From Candidatus Latescibacterota bacterium (lineage in GTDB: Bacteria; Latescibacterota; UBA2968), in the NCBI GenBank assembly GCA_965198115.1, contig OZ240241.1, forward strand, positions 2,688,001-2,752,000: 64,000 nt of DNA, in the 5' to 3' direction. The translations under genes and the position numbers were made by a program. Positions 1 to 10,453 of this stretch are shown piece after piece (the stretch's first letter is position 1; every line of letters starts with the position of its first letter). The notes beneath the pieces were generated by a model. That model saw only the letters and a program-made list of their open reading frames with translations. It had not been told where the DNA came from and made no database searches.

Positions 1-415
1 AGTACCAGAGGGGCAGTTCCAGCCGCTCCGAATCGATGCAATCGATCCAGGCGAGCGAGTCCAGGGCGATCTGCAAAAGCAGCGGATTCCGATCTTCTTC
101 GAGCGTCAGGTGGTCGAGCAGGTCACAGATCGTGCTCGCGAACGTGAGCCGGGCATAGTCCGACTTGATGGCCTCAAACGGCTCCACCGTGTCGCCCTCG
201 GTCAGGGTTTGCAGGTCCCGCGCTTCCCGCCGGAAATAGAGGTAGTGCCCGAACGTAATCGGCTGAAGGCTCGCCCCGAACTTGCTCTTGGGCCGCCGTG
301 CGCCCTTGGCGGCGAGCCGCAGCTTGCCCTGCTCGCGCGAAAACAGAATCACCGCGAGGCTGCTCTCAGTCATTCGGTAGGTGCGGAGCACGAGACCTTC
401 CACACGAATGATCAC
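1..415 (-). CDS. recO: DNA repair protein RecO (5' part; runs off the window)
   Basis: Not in ORF track; manual translation from GTG at 415: MIIRVEGLVLRTYRMTESSLAVILFSREQGKLRLAAKGARRPKSKFGASLQPIT..., the RecO N-terminal OB-fold pattern; GTGA overlap with the upstream gene stop. Confidence 0.9.
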   Translation of the reverse strand, partial: MIIRVEGLVLRTYRMTESSLAVILFSREQGKLRLAAKGARRPKSKFGASLQPITFGHYLYFRREARDLQTLTEGDTVEPFEAIKSDYARLTFASTICDLLDHLTLEEDRNPLLLQIALDSLAWIDCIDSERLELPLWY

Positions 416-780
416 GGCTTGCCATCCTCGGACGCACGGGCGGATCTCGCCGCCACGGCCGATGGGGGACGTCGCGGATACACCATGTAGACAGATTCGT
501 TTTCCTTCACCATGCCGTATCGTTCGCGGGCGATACGCTCGATCGTCTTCAAGTCGGTCTTGAGCAAAACCGTTCTTTGCGTCAGCGCCTCGTTTTCAAC
601 ACCGATCTTCGCGACCTCCGTCTCCAGTTGCGCAATTCGGTCGGCCTGGCGCCAGACGCGGGAAAGCCCGTTCTCCCCGGCAAGGAGCAGGTAGGCCGTC
701 AGGGCGACGGGCGTGAACACGACGAGACGAACAAGACGGCCCGACGAAACCTGGAGCCCGCGATGTCCGCGGCCGTTCAT
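412..780 (-). CDS. Septum formation initiator FtsB/DivIC family protein
   Basis: ATG at 780; one TM helix, coiled coil, then IERIARERYGMVKENE motif. Confidence 0.8.
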   Translation of the reverse strand: MNGRGHRGLQVSSGRLVRLVVFTPVALTAYLLLAGENGLSRVWRQADRIAQLETEVAKIGVENEALTQRTVLLKTDLKTIERIARERYGMVKENESVYMVYPRRPPSAVAARSARASEDGKP

Positions 781-1931
781 GGCTCGAGAACCACCAGATC
801 GTCGCGGTGGATGACGGCTTCCCCCTCGACACCGGTCAGAATATTCGCGACCTCGTGGGTTTGCTTGCCGACGATTTGCCTGAGGGCATCGGCCCCGTAC
901 CGGACCAGGCCACGGGCCACCTCTCTCCCATCCGGTGCTTCGACGCCGATCAGATCCCCGGCGTCGAACGAACCCGTCACGCATTGGACGCCCGGGGGCA
1001 GCAAGCTCTTGCCCGCGGAAGTCAGCGCCTTTACCGCCCCTTCGTCGACCACCACGGACCCTTTCCGGCGCGTGTTGGCGATCCATCGCTTGCGTCCCTG
1101 CATCCTGTCCTGCGTCGGGAGGAACAGCGTCCCCACGTCGCCACCTTCGAGAATCTTGATCAGAGAGGCGGACCGTCCGTCTGCGATCACCGTCGGAACC
1201 CCCGCACGACCCACGCTTCTGGCGGCTTCCAGCTTCGTCCGCATTCCACCGAGGCTGACCGCCGAACCTGCCGCCCCGGCCTGTTCGATCATGTCCGTCG
1301 TCACTTCGGAAACCACTGGAATGTGCCGGGCCCCATCCGTCCGGGTGGGATCGTCCGAGAAGAGTCCATCCACGGTCGTGTAGGTCACGAGCAGATCGGC
1401 CTCGACGAGATGGCTGACCAGAGCCGCCAGCCGGTCGTTGTCGCCCACCTTGTTCTCTTCCACGGCGACGCTGTCGTTCTCATTCACGATCGGCACCGCG
1501 CAGAACCGGAACAGCGCGTCCAGCGTGTTCATCGCGTTGACGTAACGCCAGCGGTCCTCCAGCCCATCGTCCGTCAGAAGGACCTGGCCCGTGGGAATGT
1601 CGAAACGCCGGAAGGCCAGCTTCCACGCGTTCATCAGCAACCCCTGTCCGATGGCGGCGGTCGCCTGCAGCTCGGGTATGCGTCTGGGACGTTCGCGGAG
1701 ACCCAGTCGCCCCATCCCCGCACCCACGGCTCCCGAGGAAACCACGGCAACCTGAACGTCCGCGTCCCGAAGGGCCGCGATTTCCTTTGCCACCCGCTCG
1801 ATCACATCCAGGTTCAGCTCGTTTCCGTGAACCGTCAGCACGCGCGTCCCGATTTTGAGGACGATACGCCGCGCGCCGGCAAGGAGGGCGCGTCGATCGA
1901 CGGCGGACAGATCCTGGGTTCCAGCGGTCAT
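777..1931 (-). CDS. proB: Glutamate 5-kinase with PUA domain
   Basis: RIVLKIGT, VSSGAVGAG, PIVNEND, GDNDRLAALV, GGMRTKLEAA, C-terminal PUA (VIHRDDLV); ATG at 1931 overlaps hisF stop. Confidence 0.96.
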   Translation of the reverse strand: MTAGTQDLSAVDRRALLAGARRIVLKIGTRVLTVHGNELNLDVIERVAKEIAALRDADVQVAVVSSGAVGAGMGRLGLRERPRRIPELQATAAIGQGLLMNAWKLAFRRFDIPTGQVLLTDDGLEDRWRYVNAMNTLDALFRFCAVPIVNENDSVAVEENKVGDNDRLAALVSHLVEADLLVTYTTVDGLFSDDPTRTDGARHIPVVSEVTTDMIEQAGAAGSAVSLGGMRTKLEAARSVGRAGVPTVIADGRSASLIKILEGGDVGTLFLPTQDRMQGRKRWIANTRRKGSVVVDEGAVKALTSAGKSLLPPGVQCVTGSFDAGDLIGVEAPDGREVARGLVRYGADALRQIVGKQTHEVANILTGVEGEAVIHRDDLVVLEP

Positions 1932-2725
1932 AGTCCGAGGTCCAGCTGGGGCCGAACGACGACGCCTCGCTCGGCCAGGTAGTCTTTCACGTCGGGTATG
2001 CTGTATTGTTCGTAGTGGAAGATCGATGCAGCCAGGGCCGCACTCGCGCGCCCCAATTCGAGCACGTCGAACATGTGCTCGGGGCCCCCGCATCCCCCGG
2101 ATGCGACGATGGGCACGTTGACGCGGTCGGCCACCGTGCGGGTAAACTCCACATCGTAGCCGTCCTTGGTTCCGTCGGCATCGATGCTGTTCAGGACCAA
2201 CTCACCGGCACCGCGGTCTACCAGTTCCACCGCCCAGGCCACCGCGTCTCTTCCCGTCGGCGTGCGCCCACCGTCCACCACCACCTCCCACCAGTCACGG
2301 TCGCTCTCAGAACCATCGTCCGTCCGCCGGATCGCGTCCATCGACCCCACGATGGCCTGGGACCCGAAACTCTTGGCGGCTTCGTTGATGATGTCAGGGT
2401 TCCGAACGGCCGCCGAATTGATCGAGGCCTTCTCCGCCCCCTCTTCGATGATGCTGCGAACGTCCTCAAACGTTCGGACCCCGCCACCGACCGTGAACGG
2501 GATGAACACCTCCTCCGAAACCCGACGCACGAGGGCTGCCACGATATCCCGCTTCTCCGCGGAGGCCGTAATGTCGTAGAAGACGAGCTCATCGGCCCCT
2601 TCCTCGTCGTAGCGACGCGCCAGTTCAATCGGGTCGCCGGCGTCTCGATCGGCCGAAAACTTCACGCCTCGCACGTTTCGGCCGTTCTTCACGTCCAGAC
2701 AGGGTATGATTCGCTTCGCCAGCAC
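1928..2725 (-). CDS. hisF: Imidazole glycerol phosphate synthase cyclase subunit
   Basis: LAKRIIPCLDV, GADELVFYDITAS, IPFTVGGG, SIDADGTKDGYD, ASGGCG, ALAASIFH; GTG start at 2725. Confidence 0.97.
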   Translation of the reverse strand: MLAKRIIPCLDVKNGRNVRGVKFSADRDAGDPIELARRYDEEGADELVFYDITASAEKRDIVAALVRRVSEEVFIPFTVGGGVRTFEDVRSIIEEGAEKASINSAAVRNPDIINEAAKSFGSQAIVGSMDAIRRTDDGSESDRDWWEVVVDGGRTPTGRDAVAWAVELVDRGAGELVLNSIDADGTKDGYDVEFTRTVADRVNVPIVASGGCGGPEHMFDVLELGRASAALAASIFHYEQYSIPDVKDYLAERGVVVRPQLDLGL

Positions 2726-2730
2726 GGGTC

Positions 2731-3336
2731 TCAGCCTACGATCTCGCCGAAGTTCTGCAGGAGTTTCAGACCGGCGTCCTGGCTCTTTTCGGGGTGAAAC
2801 TGCACGCCGAAAACCCGTTCGTTGCCAGCAATCGACACGTAGTCGATCCCGTACTCCGTCGTGGCAACCGTATCCTCTGCGCGAGATGGCTCCACGTAGT
2901 AGGAATGTACGAAATAGAAAAAAGCCCCGTCGGGGACGCCCGACAGCAGGGCCGTCTCCCGTTGAATCTGGATCTGATTCCATCCGATCTGTGGCACGCG
3001 CTGTCCGTCAGGAAACCGTCGAACCCGACCGGGTAAAAGGCCGAGCCCGCGATGCGCACCCAGCTCCTCGCTCCCGGAAAACAGAAGCTGTAGACCCAGA
3101 CAGATGCCGAGAAACGGAACGCCATCGGAAACGGCCTTCACGATCGGGTCGATCAACCCCGCCTCGCGCAGGTTGTCCATCGCATCACCGAACGCCCCGA
3201 CACCCGGCAACACGATCCCATCGGCCGACGACACCTGCCGGGGACTCGACGTGATGCTCGCCTCGTATCCGACGCGGCCGAACCCCTTCTGGACGCTCCG
3301 CAGATTGCCCATCCCGTAGTCGACGATGGCGATCAC
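2731..3336 (-). CDS. hisH: Imidazole glycerol phosphate synthase glutamine amidotransferase subunit
   Basis: IVDYGMGNLRSV, LPGVGAF, GICLGLQ, FYFVHSY, GVQFHPEKS. Confidence 0.97.
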   Translation of the reverse strand: MIAIVDYGMGNLRSVQKGFGRVGYEASITSSPRQVSSADGIVLPGVGAFGDAMDNLREAGLIDPIVKAVSDGVPFLGICLGLQLLFSGSEELGAHRGLGLLPGRVRRFPDGQRVPQIGWNQIQIQRETALLSGVPDGAFFYFVHSYYVEPSRAEDTVATTEYGIDYVSIAGNERVFGVQFHPEKSQDAGLKLLQNFGEIVG

Positions 3337-4178
3337 GACCCGCTCAACTCCTGCGAGCGCTCCGCGGCGGCCTCGACCGCCGCCATCAGAGCCGCGCGAA
3401 ATCCCCCGTCTTCCAGAGCTCGGATTCCGGCGATGGTCGTCCCACCCGGCGACGTCACGCGCTCCTTCAACACGGCGGGCGATTCGTTCGACTCGAGCAC
3501 CATCTTCGCCGACCCGAGCACCGTTTGCGTGGCCAGCTGCTGGGCGACGGGCCTCGGTAGCCCCGCCCGAACGCCGCCGTCGGCCAGAGCGTCGATCATC
3601 ACGAAGACGAACGCGGGGCCGCTGCCCGATAGGCCTGTCACCGCATCCATCTGGGATTCGTCGACCCGCACCGTCACCCCCACCGAACCCAGCAGCGCCT
3701 CCGCCCTAGCCAGATGTTCCTCTCCCGCGCCACGCCCGCCACACAGGGCAGATGCGGCCGCCCCCACCTGGGCCATCAGGTTCGGCATCGACCGAACGAC
3801 CGCCACACCATCGGGTAGAGCGGCTGCCAATGCGTCCGTTCCGATTCCGGCCATGATCGACACGACCGTCGCCGTCGGTTTCACCTGATGGGCAAACACC
3901 TCGACGACGGCCTGCCAGATCTGCGGTTTCAGCGCCAGCAGAATCACATCGGCCTCTCCGGCCACTGCCGCGGCGTCGGTCGAGGTGCCCACATTCAGCC
4001 GATCCCGGTGCCGGGTCAGAAGCTCCTCCTCCAGATCGACCGCCGTGACGGTCTCGGGGGCCACCGCCCCCGACTCCACCGCACCGACGAGAATGGCGCC
4101 GCCCATGTTCCCAGCGCCGATCACGACGATCGACTTGTCACGAAGGGGGGATGGGAGCGGGGCTTCTCTACTTTTCAC
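3333..4178 (-). CDS. proC: Pyrroline-5-carboxylate reductase
   Basis: IGAGNMG, RSMPN, TGLSGSGPAF, VTSPGGTT; exact start uncertain. Confidence 0.96.
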   Translation of the reverse strand: MKSREAPLPSPLRDKSIVVIGAGNMGGAILVGAVESGAVAPETVTAVDLEEELLTRHRDRLNVGTSTDAAAVAGEADVILLALKPQIWQAVVEVFAHQVKPTATVVSIMAGIGTDALAAALPDGVAVVRSMPNLMAQVGAAASALCGGRGAGEEHLARAEALLGSVGVTVRVDESQMDAVTGLSGSGPAFVFVMIDALADGGVRAGLPRPVAQQLATQTVLGSAKMVLESNESPAVLKERVTSPGGTTIAGIRALEDGGFRAALMAAVEAAAERSQELSGS

Positions 4179-4204
4179 TTTTCACTTCTCACTCGTTTCG
4201 TTCT

Positions 4205-5131
4205 CTACTCGACAAAGGTCAGCCACCCGTGACAGTCCTTGGCTTTTCCATCGGTAATGCCGAAAAATGTATCCTGCAGCCGCTTCGTCATAGGACCCCG
4301 TTCCCCATTGCCAACGGGGATGCGATCGATCTCGGCGATCGGTGTGATCTCCGCGGCGCTGCCAGTGAAGAAGACCTCATCGGCGATGTAGAGCGACTCG
4401 CGTGGAATCGCGCGCTGGGTCACCGTAAAGCCCAGCTCTCGAGCCAGGGTGATCACCGAGTGCCGCGTGATTCCCGGCAAGATTGAAGACCCGCTCGAAG
4501 GTGTGTAAATGGCCCCGTTCTTGATCATGAAAATGTTCTCGCCGCTCGCCTCGCTCACATACCCCGCGCTGTCAAGGGCGATCCCCTCCGAATACCCGTC
4601 GGCCATCGCCTCGAGCTTGATAAGCTGCGAGTTCATGTAGTTCGCGCCCACCTTGGCCAGCGACGGCATGGTGTTCGGTGCCAATCGGCTCCAAGAGGCG
4701 GTGCGCACCGACGCGCCCTTCTCCAGGGCGTCCGCGCCGAGGTAGGCACCCCACTTCCAAACCGCGATCACCACGTCGACCGGACAGGGAGTCGGATCGA
4801 CGCCGAGACTGCCGTAGCCTCTGAAGGCGATCGGACGCACGTAGCACGAGGCCAGCTCGTTCACGCGTATCGTCTCCAGAATCGCGGCTTCGATCGTCTC
4901 CTTGTCGTAGGGAATCGGCATCCGATAAATCTTGGCCGAATCGTAAATCCGGTTCACGTGATCGCCCAGACGAAAGCAAGCAGGTCCCTTCACCGTCTCA
5001 TAGCACCGCATGCCTTCGAACACGCTCGAGCCGTAGTGGACGACGTGGGAAAGGACGTGGATCTTGGCGTCGTCCCAATCCACGTGCTCGCCGTTGAACC
5101 AGATCTTTTTTGCCTTCTCCATCGGGGGCAC
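4205..5131 (-). CDS. ilvE: Branched-chain amino acid aminotransferase
   Basis: [49 protein letters not shown]. Confidence 0.96.
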   Translation of the reverse strand: MPPMEKAKKIWFNGEHVDWDDAKIHVLSHVVHYGSSVFEGMRCYETVKGPACFRLGDHVNRIYDSAKIYRMPIPYDKETIEAAILETIRVNELASCYVRPIAFRGYGSLGVDPTPCPVDVVIAVWKWGAYLGADALEKGASVRTASWSRLAPNTMPSLAKVGANYMNSQLIKLEAMADGYSEGIALDSAGYVSEASGENIFMIKNGAIYTPSSGSSILPGITRHSVITLARELGFTVTQRAIPRESLYIADEVFFTGSAAEITPIAEIDRIPVGNGERGPMTKRLQDTFFGITDGKAKDCHGWLTFVE

Positions 5132-5252
5132 TGGGTTTCTCCTTCAACTCGGACGACGGGCATCCGCCGTCCTTCGCCATACCGCTTGTGGAGTTATTTT
5201 TCCTGACGAGTTCTGACCGCTGACGACTATGATCAGATGGTTTGCCGTCCGA

Positions 5253-7769
5253 TCAGCGCAGATCGCTGATGCGCAACTGGATGTCCCTTCGGCCGCGCCA
5301 CTCGTTTTCCTCGATCACATAGACCATGTCCAGGTTTGCCTCGCCCGGGGTCAACCGATACGTCAGATGCCCCAGATTGTAGCCGATGCAGTCGAGCACA
5401 CTCCCATTCTGGCGGGCCTTGAAGCGAAGATGATTCCTCCCCACGACGGATGGGGCGCCCACGACCTCGACCGCCCTGGACACCATGAGGGGCCTCGGGT
5501 TCTGCGGGCCGAACGGCGCGAACCGGCGCAGCATCTCCACCATTCGGCGGTCGATCTTGTCCAGCGTGATCTCATCGTCTATTTCGAGCCGCGGCGTCAG
5601 GTCTTCAGGCAGCATCATCTCCTCCGCCACGGCGACCAGGGCCTCACGAAACGCGGAGACCTGATCTCGATCGATCGTCAAACCCGCAGCGTACTTGTGT
5701 CCGCCGAAGGCGACGAGATGTTCCTGACAGCGCGACACCGCTTCGTAGAGGTCGAAGCCCGGAATGCTCCGAGCCGACCCCTTTCCACGTTCACCGTCGA
5801 GGGAAATCAACACAGTCGGAAGGTGCACGCGTTCGGCGATCCGCGAGGCCACGATTCCAATCACCCCGGGATGCCACGAGGCCGAAGCAAGAACCAGGGC
5901 CCGAGCGGACGCCAGGTCGGGTTCCTTTTCTACGAGCTCGACGGCCTCGCGATACATGCGGTCGTCCACTTGCCGCCGCACGCGGTTCTGAGTCTCCAGC
6001 ACCTCGGCAATGTCGGCCGCCTGTTCGGCATCGTCCGTCGTCAGCATCGTCACCGCATCGAGCGCCGACCCCATCCGTCCGAGCGCATTGATCCGGGGCG
6101 CCAGTACGAAGATCAGAGGACTCGTACCAAGCCGCCGACCCGTCAGCTTGACGCCCCGCAGCAGGGCCTTGAGCCCCTCGTTTTCGGTTCGCTCCATGCG
6201 GCGCAGCCCGTTCGACACGAGGATCCGGTTCTCGCCGACCAGAGGCACGATGTCGGCGGCGCATCCGAGTGCGACGAGGTCCATGTTCTGGTAGACCGGC
6301 TCGGGATCGAGCTGGCGATCGCGATAGACGGCGTCGGCAAGCTTGAAGGCCAGAGCCACACCCGACAGTTCTTTGAATGGATAGTCGCAGTCGGGCCGCT
6401 TCGGGTTCACCACCGCCACAGCATCGGGCAACGCCCCCGGTTGATGGTGATCGGTGATGATCACGTCGACACCGCGTCCTCGCGCGTAGAGGGTTTCGGC
6501 CGTCGCCGTGATTCCGCAGTCCACCGAAATCAGCAGGGTCGTGCCCTGGGCCACACACGTGTCGATCGCCTCGTGCGAGATCCCGTAGCCCTCTTCGAGA
6601 CGGTTGGGGATGTAGAATCTCACGGTCGCTCCAAGCGCCCCGAGTGTGCGCACGAGCAACGAGGTCCCGGTGACCCCATCGACATCGTAGTCGCCGTGAA
6701 TCATGATCTGTTCGTTCGAGTCGATGGCCTGCCAGATCCGGGCGGAGGCCGCCGTCATGTCCCTCATCTCGAACGGGTCGATCAGATCTTCGAGCTTCGG
6801 CTCCAAAAAAGCCCTGGCGACATCGGGATCCTCGACACCCCGGTTGACGAGGATTTTGGCCATCATCGGGGGCGCCGACAGTGCGGAACGCAAGTCGCCA
6901 ACGACCGTAGCGTTGGGCTTATCGGCGATGACCCAGCGCGGTTCAATCCGGCGATCTAGCACGGATTCAACGGTCGACACGGTCACCTCGCATTTGTCGA
7001 GCGCTCGACAGAGACGCTCGAAATCTTCGATCGACAGTGTTTCGGGTCGCGACGCCCCGTCGATGCGCGCGGCGGCGAACACCGCCTCGACGTCAGAGCT
7101 CACGGCCGTCAGACTATTCCTGATCATTTTTCGTCTTCGCTGAAAGCACGTCCTGGCGACCATAAAGAGCAGATCCTCGTCTTCCACCTTTGGGCGACGA
7201 TAGCCCTCAAAAGTCAACCGAACGACCGAGGAATGAACCTTCGGCGGCGGCGAAAAGGCCTCGGGCTCCACGTCGAAAAGGTGGCGCGCCTCGGCCCTCA
7301 ACCCGGCCGATATCGTCAACAGACCATAGTCCTTCCCACCTGGCTCGGCAACCAGACGTTCGGCAACCTCCCGCTGCATCATCAGGACCGCGTGCCGCCA
7401 GCATTCGGCCTGGCTCAACACGTGGTCGATCAGCCTCCCCGTGATCCGGTAGGGCATGTTCGCCACCAGGATCGCCTGGCGCGCCTCGAAGTCCTTCAGC
7501 ACGTGGGCGAATGAAACGGTCAGCACATCGGCCTCGACGACCCGAAGCGCGTCGCCATACCGGTCGGTCAACCCCTGCGCCAGACCGGGGTCCATTTCGA
7601 TCGCCACGACGCGGGATGTCGCAGAGACCAGATGCTCGGTCAACGCCCCTCGCCCCGGACCAACTTCGATCACCAGGTCCCCGGGCCCGATGCGGGCGGA
7701 CTCGACGATCCGCCGGGCCACGTCGGGTCGCGTGAGAAAGTGCTGGCCCAGTCTCCTGTGGCGGGACAC
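5253..7769 (-). CDS. rsmA-recJ: Single ORF fusing 16S rRNA dimethyltransferase RsmA/KsgA (N-terminal ~260 aa) to ssDNA exonuclease RecJ (from ~6980)
   Basis: LGQHFL, EVGPGRGALT, ANMPY, FSPPPKVHS, QRRRKM, then HGDYDVDG, SVDCG, ITDHH, APRINALGR, GSARS, GGHKYAAG, LRRFAPFGPQNP with no intervening stop. Confidence 0.9.
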   Translation of the reverse strand: MSRHRRLGQHFLTRPDVARRIVESARIGPGDLVIEVGPGRGALTEHLVSATSRVVAIEMDPGLAQGLTDRYGDALRVVEADVLTVSFAHVLKDFEARQAILVANMPYRITGRLIDHVLSQAECWRHAVLMMQREVAERLVAEPGGKDYGLLTISAGLRAEARHLFDVEPEAFSPPPKVHSSVVRLTFEGYRRPKVEDEDLLFMVARTCFQRRRKMIRNSLTAVSSDVEAVFAAARIDGASRPETLSIEDFERLCRALDKCEVTVSTVESVLDRRIEPRWVIADKPNATVVGDLRSALSAPPMMAKILVNRGVEDPDVARAFLEPKLEDLIDPFEMRDMTAASARIWQAIDSNEQIMIHGDYDVDGVTGTSLLVRTLGALGATVRFYIPNRLEEGYGISHEAIDTCVAQGTTLLISVDCGITATAETLYARGRGVDVIITDHHQPGALPDAVAVVNPKRPDCDYPFKELSGVALAFKLADAVYRDRQLDPEPVYQNMDLVALGCAADIVPLVGENRILVSNGLRRMERTENEGLKALLRGVKLTGRRLGTSPLIFVLAPRINALGRMGSALDAVTMLTTDDAEQAADIAEVLETQNRVRRQVDDRMYREAVELVEKEPDLASARALVLASASWHPGVIGIVASRIAERVHLPTVLISLDGERGKGSARSIPGFDLYEAVSRCQEHLVAFGGHKYAAGLTIDRDQVSAFREALVAVAEEMMLPEDLTPRLEIDDEITLDKIDRRMVEMLRRFAPFGPQNPRPLMVSRAVEVVGAPSVVGRNHLRFKARQNGSVLDCIGYNLGHLTYRLTPGEANLDMVYVIEENEWRGRRDIQLRISDLR

Positions 7770-7770
7770 G

Positions 7771-8535
7771 TCAGGCTGCCAGCCCAAAGAAGGCCTCGGC
7801 ATTCTCGGTCGTGACCCTCGCGAGCGTGTCGATCGAGTCCCCACGCGCTTTTGCGAGAAACTCGGCGATGTCACGAACGTAGGCCGGCTCGTTTCGGCGA
7901 CCCCGATGGGGTACCGGCGCCAGATACGGACAATCGGTCTCGAGAAGCAATCGATCCTCGGGCACGCTCATTACCACGGCCAGCCGGTCTGACTTCCTGA
8001 ACGTGACCGTGCCGCCGAATCCAAGATAGTAGCCTCGTTCCACGGCCTGTCTTGCCTGGTCCACCGTCCCGCCGAAACAGTGCAGAACCGCGCGAACCCC
8101 ACTCTCCGCTTCCTTACCCAGAACCTCCAGAACCCTCGACTCGGCTCCGCGACTGTGGACGACCAGAGGCAGGTCTCGATCGAGAGCCATCCGGATGTGC
8201 GCCCGGAAAAAACGCTCTTGGAGATCGCGCGGCGCGTAATCCCGGTAGAAATCCAGCCCGGTCTCGCCGACCGCCACGACCTCGGGCTCTGACAGAAGCG
8301 CCCGCAGAGGCGAAAGATCACGCGGTGCGTCGGCCACATCGTGGGGGTGAACCCCAACCGTGGCGTAAACTCCCGCATACTCGCGAGCCAGGTCGATCGC
8401 CTGCCGGCTTCGCCCCAGGTTCGTGCCCACGTCGACGATCCGGCTGACGCCCGCTCCATCCGCACGTTCGATCGCCTGTACGCGGTCGACTTCGAACTGC
8501 GGAAAGCACAGATGGGCGTGCGAGTCAACAAGCAC
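7771..8535 (-). CDS. tatD: TatD family deoxyribonuclease
   Basis: DSHAH, GVHPH, VGETGLD, HSR, HCF, ETDCPYL, RNEP. Confidence 0.93.
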   Translation of the reverse strand: MLVDSHAHLCFPQFEVDRVQAIERADGAGVSRIVDVGTNLGRSRQAIDLAREYAGVYATVGVHPHDVADAPRDLSPLRALLSEPEVVAVGETGLDFYRDYAPRDLQERFFRAHIRMALDRDLPLVVHSRGAESRVLEVLGKEAESGVRAVLHCFGGTVDQARQAVERGYYLGFGGTVTFRKSDRLAVVMSVPEDRLLLETDCPYLAPVPHRGRRNEPAYVRDIAEFLAKARGDSIDTLARVTTENAEAFFGLAA

Positions 8536-8539
8536 GTCG

Positions 8540-10453
8540 TCAGCTAACCCGGGACCCGGCTGGGAGATCGCTATCCGGAGCTAGGAGCCCGAGTCGACCG
8601 TCGGCCGACGCCGCCAGAAGCATGCCCTGCGATTCCACGCCCCGTATCGTAGCCGGCTCGAGGTTGGCCACGACGACGATCCGTCGTCCCACGAGCGCAT
8701 CGGCTTCATAATGTTGGGCCACGCCGGCCACCAGCTGTCGTTCTTCGGTTCCCAGATCGATTTGAAGCTTGAGGAGCCTGTCCGCTCCTTCGACCTTTTC
8801 CGCTGTCTTGACGACGGCCACACGGAGATCGAGCTTTTGAAAATCGTTGAACGAGATGGTTTTCGCTGCATCTTCCGCCATGTCCTTCTCCTCCGTCTGA
8901 TCCGACGTATCCACTTCCTCCGGTAGCTCGATCTTCGGGAAAAGCGGATCCATCTTCTTCACCGTCTGGCCGAACGCCAGCCCGCCCCACGACAATGCGT
9001 CAGCGTGCACGTCCTGCACGGTGCCCCCGCACCCGATCTGCTCCCATATGGCCTGCGCCTTTTGCGGCACGACCGGACTCAGCCACACGGCCAGCTGTCG
9101 CAGCGTCTCGGCCAATCCGTAAATTACGGTCTCGAGGTCGTCCCGGCGTGCATCGTCCTTCGCCAATGCCCACGGCTCCTTGACCTCGATGAACCGATTG
9201 GCTTCGCGCACGAGGGCCATGATCGCCTCAACGATCGTCACCGTATCGAACGCGGGCAGTGCCCTCGTGATCGTATCCGCCGTCTTCACCGCCTGGCTCC
9301 TCAAGGGCTCGAGATCAGCGTGCAACGGATCGACGTTCGGAATGCGTCCGTCCACGTAGCGTTCGGCCATCACCACGGTCCGGTTCACGAGATTGCCCAG
9401 GTCGTTGGCCAACTCCGCGTTGTAGCGCCCCGCGAACGACTCGACCGTAAAGTTGCTATCCTGGCCGAGCGTCATTTCCCGCACGAGGTAGTAGCGGAAC
9501 GCGTCGACGCCATAGGTTTCGACCAGATCCAGAGGTTCGACGGCATTGCCCCTGCTCTTGCCCATCTTTTCGGCATCCACCAGCCAGTAGCCGTGCGCCA
9601 TGATCGTCTCGGGTATCTCGGCGCCCATCGCTTTGAGCATCGTCGGCCAGTAGACGCAGTGAGTCGTCAGAATATCCTTGCCGATCAGGTGGCACGAAGC
9701 CGGCCACCAACGGGTGTAGGCCGCATCGTCGACAAGATAGCCTGTGGCCGTCACGTAGTTCAACAACGCGTCAAACCAGACATAGGTGACGTAGTCTTCA
9801 TCGAACGGAAGGGGAATGCCCCAGGCCACGCGCGCCTTCGGTCGGGAGATGCATAGATCGCCCAGCGGCTGACGGAGAAATCCCAGAATCTCATTGCGAC
9901 GCGTCGCAGGCCGGATAAAGTCGGGGTGTGTCTCGATGTGATCGATGAGCCACTCCTGGTAGGCGCTCATCTTGAAGAAGTAATTCTTCTCCGACAATTG
10001 GACGACTTCGCGCCCCCCGATCGGGTCGTTGCCGTCCACCAGATCTTTTTCCGTAAAGAATTGCTCTTCGTAAACGGAGTACCATCCCTCGTAGTCGGCC
10101 GAATAGATCTCCCCCGCATTGTAGACCTGTTGCAGGGTCTCTTTAACCACGTTCTGGTGCCGTACTTCGGTCGTCCGGATGAAGTCGTCGTGGGAAATGT
10201 TCAAGCGACCCCACAGCGCCTCGAACTGTCGGGCCATCTCATCGACGAAATCCTGGGGAGATGCGCCTCGCTCCCTGGCTGCCAGCTCGACCTTCTGGCC
10301 GTGCTCGTCCATCCCTGTCAGGAACAGCACGTCGTGTCCCAGAAGCCTGTGGTATCGTGCCAACACGTCTGCCACGGTCGTCGTGTAGGCGTGCCCCAGG
10401 TGAGGCTCCCCGTTGGCGTAGTAGATCGGTGTCGTGATGTAGAAGCGTTTCAC
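8540..10453 (-). CDS. metG: Methionine--tRNA ligase with C-terminal tRNA-binding domain
   Basis: FYITTPIYY, PHLGH, GMDEHGQK, YVWFDAL, KMGKS, NLEPATIRGVESQGM; GTG at 10453 overlaps holB stop. Confidence 0.97.
   Translation of the reverse strand: MKRFYITTPIYYANGEPHLGHAYTTTVADVLARYHRLLGHDVLFLTGMDEHGQKVELAARERGASPQDFVDEMARQFEALWGRLNISHDDFIRTTEVRHQNVVKETLQQVYNAGEIYSADYEGWYSVYEEQFFTEKDLVDGNDPIGGREVVQLSEKNYFFKMSAYQEWLIDHIETHPDFIRPATRRNEILGFLRQPLGDLCISRPKARVAWGIPLPFDEDYVTYVWFDALLNYVTATGYLVDDAAYTRWWPASCHLIGKDILTTHCVYWPTMLKAMGAEIPETIMAHGYWLVDAEKMGKSRGNAVEPLDLVETYGVDAFRYYLVREMTLGQDSNFTVESFAGRYNAELANDLGNLVNRTVVMAERYVDGRIPNVDPLHADLEPLRSQAVKTADTITRALPAFDTVTIVEAIMALVREANRFIEVKEPWALAKDDARRDDLETVIYGLAETLRQLAVWLSPVVPQKAQAIWEQIGCGGTVQDVHADALSWGGLAFGQTVKKMDPLFPKIELPEEVDTSDQTEEKDMAEDAAKTISFNDFQKLDLRVAVVKTAEKVEGADRLLKLQIDLGTEERQLVAGVAQHYEADALVGRRIVVVANLEPATIRGVESQGMLLAASADGRLGLLAPDSDLPAGSRVS

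Noticed and set aside
5229-6959. Long antisense ORF (576 aa) and similar shadow ORFs such as 17448-18953
   Set aside because: They mirror well-supported genes; expected in GC-rich DNA; no recognisable motifs.
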